A stretch of DNA of 64,000 bases, from contig CAWHEU010000026.1 of the NCBI GenBank assembly GCA_963828465.1, positions 1-64,000 of the forward strand, in the 5' to 3' direction. The position numbers were made by a program, and so were the translations under genes. How positions within the stretch are numbered: the first letter of the stretch is position 1; every line of letters starts with the position of its first letter. Under the pieces are notes generated by a model. That model searched no databases and was not told the DNA's origin. It saw only the letters and a list, made by a program, of their open reading frames with translations. The stretch is from an uncultured Acidobacteriota bacterium (GTDB lineage Bacteria > Actinomycetota > Acidimicrobiia > Spongiisociales > ZC4RG35). Of this stretch, positions 8,567 to 18,331 are shown piece after piece.

Positions 8567-9651
8567 AGGCGGCGCACCATCCCCTCGTCGACCTCGATGC
8601 CGAGCCCAGGGGCGGTGGGGATATCGAAATGGCCGTTGGTGACGGTGATGGGGGATTCGGTGACGTCCTGTACGACACCTTGATTGGCCGGGCTGCACCC
8701 GAAATCGACAGCATTCATCGCCGCGGCACAGTGGAGGTTCGCCGCCGCCGACACACTGGACTCGATCACCTTGCCGGCGAGGTTGATCCCGAGCCCACCG
8801 GCCGAGCAGATAGCCGCGCCCCTCATCACCCCGGTCATCCCGCCGTGTTTGATCAGCTTGAGACTCACGCCGCCCACGGGCGTGCCGGCGAAACCCACTA
8901 CCGCCTGCAGGCTCCCAGCGCTCTCGTCGGCGCAGAGCTTTACGGGTACCGATTCCGCCAGCCGGATCAGGGCATCCCTGTCCGAGCGGGGCACCGGCTG
9001 TTCGATGAAGCGGACGCGGTCCGGGTCGACCTGATCCAGAAATGACCGAGCCTCATCTTCGGTCCACGCTTCGTTGACGTCGCCACAGACGACGCCCTCC
9101 TCGCCAACCAGTTCGGCAGCTTTGGCGAGGGTGGCCAACTCGGATTCAGGGGCGGCCATCCCCAGCTTGATCTTGAACCAATGGAATCCCTGTTCACGAC
9201 GGTCCGCCAGCTTCTCGGCGTCGGCCGACGGATCCCCACTTCCGACGAGCGTCAGCGCAGGAATCCTGTCTCGGACTGCACCGCCGAGAAGTTGGGAGGC
9301 GGGAACGCCGAGCACCTTGCCCCCGAGGTCGTGAAGGGCGATATCGATGGCGCCGATGGCAGTCGCCGCCGACGGACGGGCTTGGGTCAATCGACCCCAG
9401 ACCTCGTTGCGCCGCATCGGGTCGGTCCCGATGACCAGCGGAGTGAGCATCTCCAGGTCTGACACGATGTCCGCTTGGCGCTGGTGGGTCAGCGACGGCG
9501 CCTCCACTCCCTCACCCCATCCGGTCGCTCCGTCGTCGGTGACCAGCTTCACGAGGACGTTCCCGGTGCTCTCGATCACTCCGTTGGACATGGGGATCGG
9601 GCTGCGCAGAGTCATGGTGATCGGATGGATCTCCAGCTTCTCGATGCGCAC
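8563..9651 (-). CDS. Enolase superfamily, muconate cycloisomerase/dipeptide epimerase (MLE) subgroup
   Basis: AIDIALHDL, KxK (FKIKLG), GDVNE, IEQP, ADES, second Lys in SLKLIKHGG. Confidence 0.88.
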   Translation of the reverse strand: MRIEKLEIHPITMTLRSPIPMSNGVIESTGNVLVKLVTDDGATGWGEGVEAPSLTHQRQADIVSDLEMLTPLVIGTDPMRRNEVWGRLTQARPSAATAIGAIDIALHDLGGKVLGVPASQLLGGAVRDRIPALTLVGSGDPSADAEKLADRREQGFHWFKIKLGMAAPESELATLAKAAELVGEEGVVCGDVNEAWTEDEARSFLDQVDPDRVRFIEQPVPRSDRDALIRLAESVPVKLCADESAGSLQAVVGFAGTPVGGVSLKLIKHGGMTGVMRGAAICSAGGLGINLAGKVIESSVSAAANLHCAAAMNAVDFGCSPANQGVVQDVTESPITVTNGHFDIPTAPGLGIEVDEGMVRRL

Positions 9652-9653
9652 GG

Positions 9654-10745
9654 CTACGTCTCGACCGCGAACCGGCTCAGCGCATCCGTGGTGAGGTCCA
9701 CGCCGTGGCCTGGGACGTCGGGCACATGGATCCGTCCGTCGACGACTTCGAAGGGCAATGTCAATGCATCGGGTGGGATGAGCTCTGCGTATTCGACCAT
9801 GAACCCCCGTCGGCTGGCCCCGACCAGGCTGATCGAGAGCTCATGCCAGAGATGGCTGCTCAGGGCGAGGTTGTAGGCGTCGGCGAGATGGGCGATCTTG
9901 ACGAATTCGGTGATCCCGCCGCATCGACCGACATCGGGTTGCAGGTAGGCGGCGGCGCGGCGGTCGCAGATCTCCCGGAAGCCCCATCCGAAGTAGACGT
10001 TCTCCCCGGTCGCCACCGGCACCGGTGAGGCCGCCGCCACCTCGGCCAGATCGTCAGTGCTGTCGGCCAGGACTGGCTCCTCGAACCAGGCGACTCCCTG
10101 GTCAGCCAGCATCCGGGCCGTCGCCAGGGCTTCGTTGACGGTGAATCGCTGGTTGGCGTCCGCAAAGAGCGTGAAGTCATCACCCATCTCCCGACGGAGC
10201 AGCTCGGTTCGCTCCCGGTCCCGGGGACCACCGATCTTGTACTTGTAGGCGGTGATCCCCTGCTTGGCGAAGCCCTGGCACTCCGAGATCAGTTCCTCGT
10301 CGGACAGGCTGTGCCAACCCCCACTGCCGTACACCGGTACATCGTCGGTGAACCCGCCGAGGAGGCGGTGTATCGGGAGCCCGGCAACCTTGCCGACCAG
10401 ATCCCAGCAGGCGATGTCCACGGCGGAGAGAGCCCAGACCCCGAGCCCGGCTCGCATCCGGGGCTTGTTCGGGCTCCACATGCGGTGCCAGAGGGCTTCG
10501 GGGGCGAGAGCGTCCTGGCCGATCACGAGGGGAGCCAATTCGGCGTCGATATAGGGCTTGATCGCCACATTGGCCATGCCGCCAAGACCGGCGGTGATTC
10601 CGAATCCCGTCGGTCCTCCTCCCGTGCGGAGCCGCACGGCGGTGGCATCGACGTGGGTGTAGGTGGAGAGGGCGGTCGTGATCGGTGTCGACAGCGGGAA
10701 GCGGAGGGCGGTCGTCTCCACCGCCTCGATCGTGCTGGCAGCCAC
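9654..10745 (-). CDS. Enolase superfamily, mandelate racemase/acid-sugar dehydratase subgroup
   Basis: AVDIACWDL, YKYKIG, ADANQ, FEEP, TGEN, QPDVGRCGGITE, SSH (His-Asp dyad). Confidence 0.9.
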   Translation of the reverse strand: MAASTIEAVETTALRFPLSTPITTALSTYTHVDATAVRLRTGGGPTGFGITAGLGGMANVAIKPYIDAELAPLVIGQDALAPEALWHRMWSPNKPRMRAGLGVWALSAVDIACWDLVGKVAGLPIHRLLGGFTDDVPVYGSGGWHSLSDEELISECQGFAKQGITAYKYKIGGPRDRERTELLRREMGDDFTLFADANQRFTVNEALATARMLADQGVAWFEEPVLADSTDDLAEVAAASPVPVATGENVYFGWGFREICDRRAAAYLQPDVGRCGGITEFVKIAHLADAYNLALSSHLWHELSISLVGASRRGFMVEYAELIPPDALTLPFEVVDGRIHVPDVPGHGVDLTTDALSRFAVET

Positions 10746-10817
10746 TACGGAATGTTACGCGGGGCCGCCAATCCCAAGGTCTCGTTAGCCTCGCTCACTC
10801 CAAACAACGGAGGACAG

Positions 10818-11600
10818 TTGGAATTGGAAGGCAAGGTCGCGGTGGTCAGCGGCGGAAGCCGCGGGATCGGTAAGGGGATCGCCCGCCGGTTGGCCGATGA
10901 GGGATCCGATGTGGTCATCTCGGCTCGCACCGATGACACACTCGAGGCGTCCGCCAAAGAGATCGCCGCCGCCACCGGTCGCCGGGTCGAGCCGGTCCCA
11001 GCCGATCTGTCGACTCTCGAAGGATGCGAGGAGCTGCATCGTCAGGCGACAGCCTCCTTCGACCACATCGACATCCTCATCAACTGTGCCGGTGCCACCA
11101 AGAGCGGCCCTTTTGTCGAGCTCTCCGACCAGCTGTGGCAGGAGGGCTTCGACCTCAAGTTCTTCGGCGCCGTCCGGTTGTCTCGGCTCTTTTGGCCACA
11201 CTTGGTCGCATCCCATGGATCCGTGGTCAATATCGTCGGTGGTATGGCCCGAACCCCGAATCCCGGATTCGCCATCGGTGGATCGGTCAATGCCGCCCTG
11301 GCCAACTTCTCCAAGGCCCTGGCGGGTCAAGGTCTCATCGATGACGTCAACGTCAACACGATTCATCCCGGGCAGGTCCAGACTGAGCGTCTCACCGAGA
11401 TGATGACCGACCAGGCCGCCGACCAGGGCAAGACACCCGAGCAGGTGCTGGAAGAGACGATCCAACGCCAGGGGATACGACGGTTGGGTACCACCGAGGA
11501 TGTTGCCGAGCTTGCAGTCTTCCTCTGTCTTCCTCAGGCCCGTCACATCCAGGGCACGGCCATCTCGGTCGACGGGGGCGGAACCAAGGGCCTGTTCTGA
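10818..11600 (+). CDS. Short-chain dehydrogenase/reductase
   Basis: SD GGAGG precedes TTG 10818. VVSGGSRGIG, ILINCAG, VNTIHPG, ISVDGG. The catalytic YxxxK is replaced by GSVN (atypical SDR). Confidence 0.88.
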   Translation: MELEGKVAVVSGGSRGIGKGIARRLADEGSDVVISARTDDTLEASAKEIAAATGRRVEPVPADLSTLEGCEELHRQATASFDHIDILINCAGATKSGPFVELSDQLWQEGFDLKFFGAVRLSRLFWPHLVASHGSVVNIVGGMARTPNPGFAIGGSVNAALANFSKALAGQGLIDDVNVNTIHPGQVQTERLTEMMTDQAADQGKTPEQVLEETIQRQGIRRLGTTEDVAELAVFLCLPQARHIQGTAISVDGGGTKGLF

Positions 11601-11610
11601 CCTCGATGCG

Positions 11611-12180
11611 ATGACCTCACCTGCTCCCGACGTCGAACGATGGTCCGCACTCAAGGTGTGGCTCTTCTCCTTGTTCAACAAGAACCCGGAGAGCAACTCT
11701 GCCGCGGTCGATCGTATGGAACTCGACTCCGACGACCGGTTTCTCGACCTGGGTTGCGGTCTGGGCGCCGCACTCGAGCATGCAGTCGCCACCGGGGCGA
11801 GAACTGCGGCGATCGATCCCAGCCCATCGATGGTGGAACGAGCTGCGGAGCGGGTCCCTCAAGCCGACGTGCGACTCGGCTCTGCAGAGTCGATCCCATT
11901 CGAGGACGACACGTTCACAGCGGCCATCTCGGTTTCGACCTATCACCACTGGGCCGACGCCGAGACCGGCCTGAAGGAGATACGACGTGTGCTCGCCCCT
12001 GGAGGGAGGCTGCTCATCGTCGAGCGGAAGCTGAAGCGGAGCTCCGGCCACGGGCTGGACGGCATCGGCGGCGAGTCATTGGCCGCGCTGCTCGAGAGCG
12101 ACGAGTACGTCTCGGTTCAGGTCGAGACGATGAAGATCGGTCGGGCCGAGTATCTGGCGGTCTCGGCAGTCAAACCCTGA
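11611..12180 (+). CDS. Class I SAM-dependent methyltransferase
   Basis: LDLGCGLG, IDPSPSM, GSAESIPFEDDTF, RVLAPGGRL. Confidence 0.88.
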   Translation: MTSPAPDVERWSALKVWLFSLFNKNPESNSAAVDRMELDSDDRFLDLGCGLGAALEHAVATGARTAAIDPSPSMVERAAERVPQADVRLGSAESIPFEDDTFTAAISVSTYHHWADAETGLKEIRRVLAPGGRLLIVERKLKRSSGHGLDGIGGESLAALLESDEYVSVQVETMKIGRAEYLAVSAVKP

Positions 12181-12189
12181 GCCGCGGCA

Positions 12190-12579
12190 TCAATGCTCGG
12201 CGGCGTCGGCCTCCGCCTTGGTCTTATGGACCGTGCCGTCGGGATGCTCGGGTGGTGAGTAGAGCGAGTAGAGCTTGAGCTCCTCGTCCCCCGTGTTGAC
12301 CACGTTGTGCCAGACACCGGCGGGCACGATGAACGCCCAGTCGTCCTCGACATCGTGCGTCTCATCCACAGCATCCTCGGTTCGACCGAATTCGACACGC
12401 GCTTGACCTTGCTCGAGACGAATGAACTGGTCGTGGGTGCCATGTGACTCCCAACCGATCTCCTCTCCTGGAGGGAGACTCATCACGGTCAGCTGGGTGT
12501 GCTTCCCCGTGAAGAGCACGGTCCGGAAGGTTTCATTGTCGAGAGTTGCCTTCTCGATGTCGTCCAGCCAACCGAGCAT
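12190..12579 (-). CDS. Cupin domain protein
   Basis: FRTVLFTGKHTQL, EIGWESH, DQFIRLEQG, VPAGVWHNVVN. Strong SD AAAGGAG. Confidence 0.88.
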   Translation of the reverse strand: MLGWLDDIEKATLDNETFRTVLFTGKHTQLTVMSLPPGEEIGWESHGTHDQFIRLEQGQARVEFGRTEDAVDETHDVEDDWAFIVPAGVWHNVVNTGDEELKLYSLYSPPEHPDGTVHKTKAEADAAEH

Positions 12580-12629
12580 TTGGTCTCCTTTGTCGATGGC
12601 GGGAGGCTACGCACGGTCTCTGAGCGAAT

Positions 12630-14295
12630 TCACTCCACCGCCACCGGCGCCAGGGCGTCGATGTCGGTGACCACGTCGAGGATGACCGGGCGGTCTGCGG
12701 CGATGGCTCGGTCGAAGGCGGGTGCGAGGTCGGCGGGCTTCTCCACCCGGATCCCGATGGCCCCGATGTGCTCAGCGAGGGCAGCGAAGTCGACCTCGGT
12801 GAACACCCACATCTCCAGCGCCTTCTCGGTCTGCTTGCCGCCATATACGCGATCGAAGCCGCGTTTCGACTGATTACCTGAGTGGTTGTTGTTGACCACC
12901 GTGATCGAGTTGATGCCCCAGCGCACAGCGGTCTCGATCTCGGCGACGTGATACCAGAAGCCGGAGTCGCCCGTGAAGCAGACCACCGGTCGGTGGGGCG
13001 CGGCGCATTTGGCACCGAGGGATGCCGGGAAGGCCCAGCCGAGATGGCCGGCGCTCCGCAGGTAAGACTGAGTGGGTGCCCGGACGTCATACATCCCACC
13101 CATCCACATCCCGGCGTGCCCGGTGTCGACCACCACGATCCCATCGTCGGGCACCAGGTCGGTGAGCTCGGCGCAGAGACGCTCGGGTCGCATCGGCACC
13201 TGGTCCGATTCGAGCAGGGGGGCATACTCGAGGCGCCAATCGGTGACGTGCTCGGCGGCTGCCTGCGACCAGTCCGAATGGGCAGCCGACCCGTTGGCAA
13301 GCTCGAGCATCCGCTCCAGCGCGGTCCTGGCATCGGCATTGATGGCCACCACTGGCGGGTAGTTGCGGCCGAGTGCCTCGGGGTCGATGTCGAGCTGGAT
13401 CACGGCGGCGCCCAGCGGGGGCACCTTCCAAAAGTGGGTTGTCATGCCACCGGTCTCGCTACCAACGAAGAAAACCAGATCGGCGTCGAGCACCACCCGA
13501 TTGGCCGAGCCCCTCGAATAGGTTCCGACCACACCGACGGAAAGAGGATGCGTTCCCGGAATGGCGTCTTTCCCGTTGAGGGATGTCGCCACCGGTATCG
13601 AAAACCTCTCCGCCAGCGCCACGAGCGCCGCACCGGCACCTGACGCGCGTACCCCACCACCGGCAACGATGACCGGCCGTTCAGCCTTGCCGAGGATGTC
13701 GAGCGCATCGATCAGATCCGAATCCGGGCCGATCGGCCGGAACGGTGGCAGAGAGCGCGTATCGGGTCTCACATGAGAGGTCCATCTCGGCTTCCCCGGC
13801 GTCGAGCTGGCCTTCGTTGCCCGCGAACTGAAGATGGACAGGTCCGGGGGTGCCGGTTGTGGCCGCCCTGAATGCCTGACGCAACATGTCGGGGATGCGC
13901 TCCACCGAATCGACAGTGGCGTTCATCTTGGTCACGGTCTCAAAGGCCGGGAGGTCGTCGACTTCCTGATAGACCTTGCGGAACTTGGTCTGCGGGTCGC
14001 GTCCTCCGGTCAGGGCGATGACCGGGGAGTGGGCCAGGAAAGCGTCGCGAAGCCCCGCTGCCAGATTGTGGGCGCCGACCACCTGGGCGGCGCAGATGCC
14101 GGGCCGCCCCGAAGCGCGGGCGTAGCCGTCGGCCATGTAGGCCGCCGACGCCTCCCCATGTGGGCGGAGGCGTTTGATCGCCGTGTGCTGCTCGAGTTCG
14201 ACCATGGTGCGTCGAAGGACGGCTGGGACATGGAAGAGATGGGTCACCCCGTACCCGTCGAGTATCTCGGCAATGGCCCTGGCGCCGGTGGTCAT
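12630..14295 (-). CDS. Thiamine-diphosphate-dependent enzyme, acetolactate synthase-like (apparent +1 frameshift near 13755)
   Basis: N part: HGEASAAYMADGYARASG, TPGPVHL. C part: RPVIVAGGG, DTGH, GHLGWAFP, TGDSGFWYH...NNN. The two ORFs join if one base near 13755 is removed. Confidence 0.88.
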
Positions 14296-14744
14296 TTCTC
14301 CCCCCGTAGGGGGGAGTACCCGGCGGAGCCGGGGGAGGGGGGACTCTTGGCGAAGGTGAACCTCGCTGTCCCGCTGGTGGTGACCGTCCCATCCGGCTTT
14401 CGGGCCCAGAGCTCGAGATCGATGCCGTCTTCATCGGCGCCGGTCACGGTGCCTCCGCACTCCAGCGAGTCACCCAGATAGGCAGGGGCGAGATGGCGGT
14501 AGGTGATAGTCGTCAGTCGGGCATGGTCTCCCAGCCATGACTCGGCTGTCTGCACCAGGTAGACCCCCTGCAGCGGGCCGTGGATGAGGAGCCCGGGATG
14601 GCCATCGTGCTCGGTGGTGAAAGGTGTGTCGTAGTGGATGCGATGGAGGAGCCACGCCGAGGCGCTGAACATGAACAGGTCCAGGGCCGAAGGGTTGCGG
14701 ACCTGAATTGGCGACTCGGCGCCAACGGCAGGCAGGGCGCTCAC
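14292..14744 (-). CDS. MaoC-like (R)-hydratase, catalytic hot-dog half
   Basis: LFMFSA, HRIHYD, HPGLLIHGPLQG, YRHLAPAY. Coupled to both neighbours. Confidence 0.85.
   Translation of the reverse strand: MSALPAVGAESPIQVRNPSALDLFMFSASAWLLHRIHYDTPFTTEHDGHPGLLIHGPLQGVYLVQTAESWLGDHARLTTITYRHLAPAYLGDSLECGGTVTGADEDGIDLELWARKPDGTVTTSGTARFTFAKSPPSPGSAGYSPLRGEK
14295..14343. repeat. Palindromic repeat element, copy 1 (inside the MaoC 3' end)
   Basis: TTTCTCCCCCC-GTA-GGGGGGAGTACC-CGGCGGAGCCG-GGGGAGGGGGG. A near-identical copy lies at 63188-63241. Confidence 0.75.
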
Positions 14745-15229
14745 CGGTAGATCCTGGTGAAGTTCTCTCGGGCCACGAGGTCGCCTCGCTGGTTGGTGAA
14801 GGTGAACTCCATCTCGACGAATACCAGTGGGCCCGACCGCCCCTCCTTCTCGTACATGCTTGCAAGGCGCTTGCTCACGCTGATGACGTCTCCGGCGACC
14901 ACACGCTCCCCGAGCACTACCGATGTCTCTCCCGCCATGGCCCGGCGGGTAGGCAGCGGCGGCACGTCGGCCGTCGGGGAGCCGTCAGGCTCCAGCTGGT
15001 CCGGCGAGACGAGAGCCGAAGCGTGCATTCGGACCACGTACGAGAAGAGGGTGGGGGCGACCACGTCCGCGTGCCCTGCCGCCACGGCGGCTTCCTTGTC
15101 GAAATGGATGGGGTTCGTCTCGCCGGTGGCGTGGGCAAACCTTGCGATGTCGGTGGCGGTGACCTGCATCTCGAAAGGCGGGTAGTCCCGGTCTGCCCAG
15201 CGGCGGGCATCCTCGGTGATGACTCCCAT
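14741..15229 (-). CDS. MaoC-family dehydratase N-terminal-type hot-dog protein
   Basis: IARFAHATGETNPIHFD, APTLF, EKEGRSGPLVFV, FTNQRG. ATG 15229 overlaps the ACAD stop (TGATG). Confidence 0.85.
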   Translation of the reverse strand: MGVITEDARRWADRDYPPFEMQVTATDIARFAHATGETNPIHFDKEAAVAAGHADVVAPTLFSYVVRMHASALVSPDQLEPDGSPTADVPPLPTRRAMAGETSVVLGERVVAGDVISVSKRLASMYEKEGRSGPLVFVEMEFTFTNQRGDLVARENFTRIYR

Positions 15230-16383
15230 CACAGCCCCATCGTCTTGGCGATGATGTTGCGCTGGATGTCGGAGGTCCCGGCGCCGATCACTCCGAGACG
15301 CGATTCCCGGAAATGGCGTTGCAGGTCGTACTCCATGGTGTAGCCGTAGCCGCCGAGCACCTGGAGACCCATGTCGGCGACCTGCTTGTAGGCCTCGCAG
15401 GCGTAGAGCTTGAGGATCGCCGCGTCCCGGGTGGTGGCGAGACCCCTGTCGAGCCGGGAGGCGTACCTGTAGACCAGCATCTGAGAGATCTCGACCATGG
15501 TCTGCATGTCGGCGAGACGGTGCGACACCGCCTGGAACTTCGAGATGGGCCGCCCAAACTGCTCCCGTTCCTTGGCGTACTCCACCGAATCGGCCAGCGC
15601 GGCGGCCGCTGCACCGGTCCGGGCGGCGGAGAGACAAAGGCGCTCGTAGCGGAGATACACGCCCAGGTCAGGCCAGCCATTGTCGAGGGTCCCGAGCATC
15701 CTCGCCTTCGGGACGCGGACATCGGTGAAGTAGAGCATCGCCGTGCCCAGCGGCCAGTGGCCCAGCGTCTCGATCGGCTGCGAATCCAACCCCGGGCTAC
15801 CGGTGTCCACGATGAAATTGGTGATGCCGTCGTGCTTCTCGCCATCCGAGGAGGTGCGAGCGGCAACAATGTCGAGATCGCTCACCTTGAAGCCAGATGT
15901 GAACACCTTCTGGCCGTTGAGCACATAGTCGTCTCCGTCCGCGACGGCTGAGAGCGAGATCGAGGCGGCGTCCGAACCGGCGTCGGGCTCGGTGAGTGAA
16001 AAGCAGACCGCGAGCTCTCCGGCGGTGATCTTTGGCAGCAGCTCGGCCTTTTGTTCGGGTGTGCCGTCCCGGCCGATGGCGAGACCGCCCCAGGTGACCG
16101 TGCGGAACACCCAGAAGGAGAGATCGAGGAACGCCCGGCCCAGCTCCTCGAGCAAGATGGCGACCTCAACAGCTCCGGCTCCGGCCCCCCCATGCTCTTC
16201 AGAGGTGTTTATGCCGAGCCAGCCCTGAGCAGCCAGCTTGTCGTAGACATCGCGAGGGGCACGACTCTCGCGATCGCATTCCCTCACGTACTCCCGGCTG
16301 ATCTCTTTCTCACAGAATTCCCGGACCGTGGCCCGGAACATCTCCTGCTCGGGAGTGAAATCGTGCTCGATCACCGCTGTCAT
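15229..16383 (-). CDS. Acyl-CoA dehydrogenase
   Basis: FSLTEPDAGSDA, LNGQKVFTS, REQFGRPISKFQ, QVLGGYGY, GAGTSDIQRNII. Confidence 0.94.
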   Translation of the reverse strand: MTAVIEHDFTPEQEMFRATVREFCEKEISREYVRECDRESRAPRDVYDKLAAQGWLGINTSEEHGGAGAGAVEVAILLEELGRAFLDLSFWVFRTVTWGGLAIGRDGTPEQKAELLPKITAGELAVCFSLTEPDAGSDAASISLSAVADGDDYVLNGQKVFTSGFKVSDLDIVAARTSSDGEKHDGITNFIVDTGSPGLDSQPIETLGHWPLGTAMLYFTDVRVPKARMLGTLDNGWPDLGVYLRYERLCLSAARTGAAAAALADSVEYAKEREQFGRPISKFQAVSHRLADMQTMVEISQMLVYRYASRLDRGLATTRDAAILKLYACEAYKQVADMGLQVLGGYGYTMEYDLQRHFRESRLGVIGAGTSDIQRNIIAKTMGL

Positions 16384-16405
16384 GCCTTCGCTGCCGGAAC
16401 CAGCC

Positions 16406-16425
16406 GATCATATATCGTGCATACT
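16406..16425 (+). promoter_or_regulatory. Putative operator, copy 1 (GATCATATATCGTGCATACT), between the divergent ACAD and cyclase operons
   Basis: Matches the intergenic motifs at 32723, 39357 and 57928. Confidence 0.65.
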
Positions 16426-16453
16426 GCAGAAACGCACGGTCGAGAAGAGGAAC

Positions 16454-17419
16454 GTGACTGCGAGCATCGAGACGGTCAAGGAGTTGGGATCGAAGCACAG
16501 CAACTGGGGCCGCTGGGGGCCCGATGACGAGCGGGGCACCCTCAACCTGGTCACTCCGGAGATGGTGATGGCTGCCGCCGGGTTGGTGAGGAGCGGCAAG
16601 ACCATCTCCATGGCCTTGCCCTACGACGAGGACGGCCCGCAAACCGGGAACCTGGGTCGGTTCAACCCGATCCACCTCATGATCCGGGACGGGGCCGATG
16701 CCATCGCCGGGACGTCGATCCGGGACTTCTACGGCGGTGTCGACAAGCATTTTCGGGGCACCGACGACATCATCATCATGCCTCTCCAATCCGGTACCCA
16801 GTGGGACGCATTCGGGCATGTCGTGTTCGAGGGAACGATCTACAACGGCTACGGCGCCGAGTGGGTCTCGAGCAAAGGCGCCCTCAAAGGCGACGTCGCC
16901 AATGCATCTCAGGGCATGGTCGGCCGGGGAGTCCTGCTCGATCTGCCCCGTGCTCTCGAAGTCGATTGGCTCGAGGCGGGCTACGCCATCGGATCGGCTG
17001 ACCTGCAGCGAGCGGAGGAGCACGCGAGGCTGAGTGTCGGCCCCGGCGACTTCGTCTTCGTCCGCACCGGTGCCATCGCCTCGGCTCGGGCCGCAGGAAC
17101 CTGGGGCGACTACGCCGGTGGAGACGCACCGGGTCTGGGGCTCGACAGCGTGGCCTGGGTGGCCGAACGTGACATCGCCGCAATCGCCAGCGACACCTGG
17201 GGTCTCGAGGTTCGGCCCAACGAGACGCCCGACGTAGCCCAACCCCTGCACATCGTCTTCATCGTCCACATGGGCCTGTGGCTCGGCGAGATCTTCGATC
17301 TCGACCCCTTGGCCGAGGATTGCGCTGCCGACGGGGCGTATGAGTTCATGTTCTGCGGACCCCCGCTCCCATTCACCAGGGCGGTGGGCTCCCCCCTCAA
17401 TCCAATGGCGATCAAGTGA
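16454..17419 (+). CDS. Cyclase family (kynurenine formamidase-like) metal-dependent hydrolase
   Basis: NWGRWGPDDERGTLN, QSGTQWDAFGH, GRGVLLD, VRTG, GEIFDL, GSPLNP. GTG 16454 follows GAGG. Confidence 0.88.
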   Translation: MTASIETVKELGSKHSNWGRWGPDDERGTLNLVTPEMVMAAAGLVRSGKTISMALPYDEDGPQTGNLGRFNPIHLMIRDGADAIAGTSIRDFYGGVDKHFRGTDDIIIMPLQSGTQWDAFGHVVFEGTIYNGYGAEWVSSKGALKGDVANASQGMVGRGVLLDLPRALEVDWLEAGYAIGSADLQRAEEHARLSVGPGDFVFVRTGAIASARAAGTWGDYAGGDAPGLGLDSVAWVAERDIAAIASDTWGLEVRPNETPDVAQPLHIVFIVHMGLWLGEIFDLDPLAEDCAADGAYEFMFCGPPLPFTRAVGSPLNPMAIK

Positions 17420-17427
17420 GGTTTTAA

Positions 17428-18312
17428 GTGGACCCGGTCAGGTCCATGCTCTTCACCCCGGGCAACCGGCTCGACATGCTGGGCAAGGCGGTCCACTCCG
17501 GCACCGACGCGGTGATAGTCGATCTCGAGGACTCGGTCTCGGTCGACAACAAGCCCGAGGCCCGAGCCAACCTGGAACGACTGCCGGAATCGCCTGTTCC
17601 CTACTACGTGCGCACCAACGCAGTCGAGACCGGCCTGCTCTGGGATGACATCGTGGCGGCCGGAGGTTCGCCGGCAGTCGGCGTGATCATCCCCAAGGCC
17701 GAGGACCCCAAGGTCATCAGCCAGGTCGACGGTGCACTGACCGCCCTGGAGATGACCAACAGAAAGGCCCCGGGCTCGATCACGATGATCCCGCTGATCG
17801 AGTCGGCCATCGGGGTGCGGCTCACCTACGAGATGGCGCTGGCCAGCGAGCGGGTGGAGTGCGTGATGTTCGGCGGTGGCGAGCAGGGTGACCTGGTGGC
17901 CGACCTGGGAGTGGAATGGACGCCGGAGGGGACCGGTCTGATGCAGGCGCGCGCCCAGGTGTTGCTCAGCTCACGTGCCGCCGGCGTGCCTTACCCGATG
18001 GAGGCAGTGTTCATGGATTTCCGCAACCCCGATGGTCTTCGGGTCGAGTGTGAGCTCGCCCGCACCCTGGGGTATGTGGGCAAGGTGGCGATTCACCCTT
18101 CCCAGATCGAGGTGATCAACGACGTATTCACCCCGTCGCCCGAAGTCGTGGAATACCAACGAAAGGTCCTGGCCGCGTTCGAAGAAGCGGAGGCCGAGGG
18201 CAAGGCTTCCATCGCCGTCGACGGGAAGATGGTCGACTATGCGGTCGCCAGGGTGGCCCGGGCGATCCTCGCTCGCGCCGATGCCGCGTCGCGAGCGGGC
18301 AAGGGACCCTGA
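17428..18312 (+). CDS. CitE-like CoA-ester lyase (HpcH/HpaI aldolase/citrate lyase family)
   Basis: RSMLFTPG, IVDLEDSV, VRTN, IPKAE, LIESA, GKVAIHPSQI, DGKMVD. Confidence 0.9.
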   Translation: MDPVRSMLFTPGNRLDMLGKAVHSGTDAVIVDLEDSVSVDNKPEARANLERLPESPVPYYVRTNAVETGLLWDDIVAAGGSPAVGVIIPKAEDPKVISQVDGALTALEMTNRKAPGSITMIPLIESAIGVRLTYEMALASERVECVMFGGGEQGDLVADLGVEWTPEGTGLMQARAQVLLSSRAAGVPYPMEAVFMDFRNPDGLRVECELARTLGYVGKVAIHPSQIEVINDVFTPSPEVVEYQRKVLAAFEEAEAEGKASIAVDGKMVDYAVARVARAILARADAASRAGKGP

Positions 18313-18331
18313 TGGGGGAGGACTGGGCCAA

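Noticed and set aside
8567-9045. 160-aa C-terminal extension on IspE (novel fusion)
   Set aside because: It is antisense to a clear enolase-family gene. A single-base correction at ~8515 gives a normal-length IspE.
13681-13772. Split TPP enzyme or programmed frameshifting at the several frameshift sites
   Set aside because: No shared slippery heptamer or stimulatory structure. The scattered 1-nt indels fit sequencing error better.
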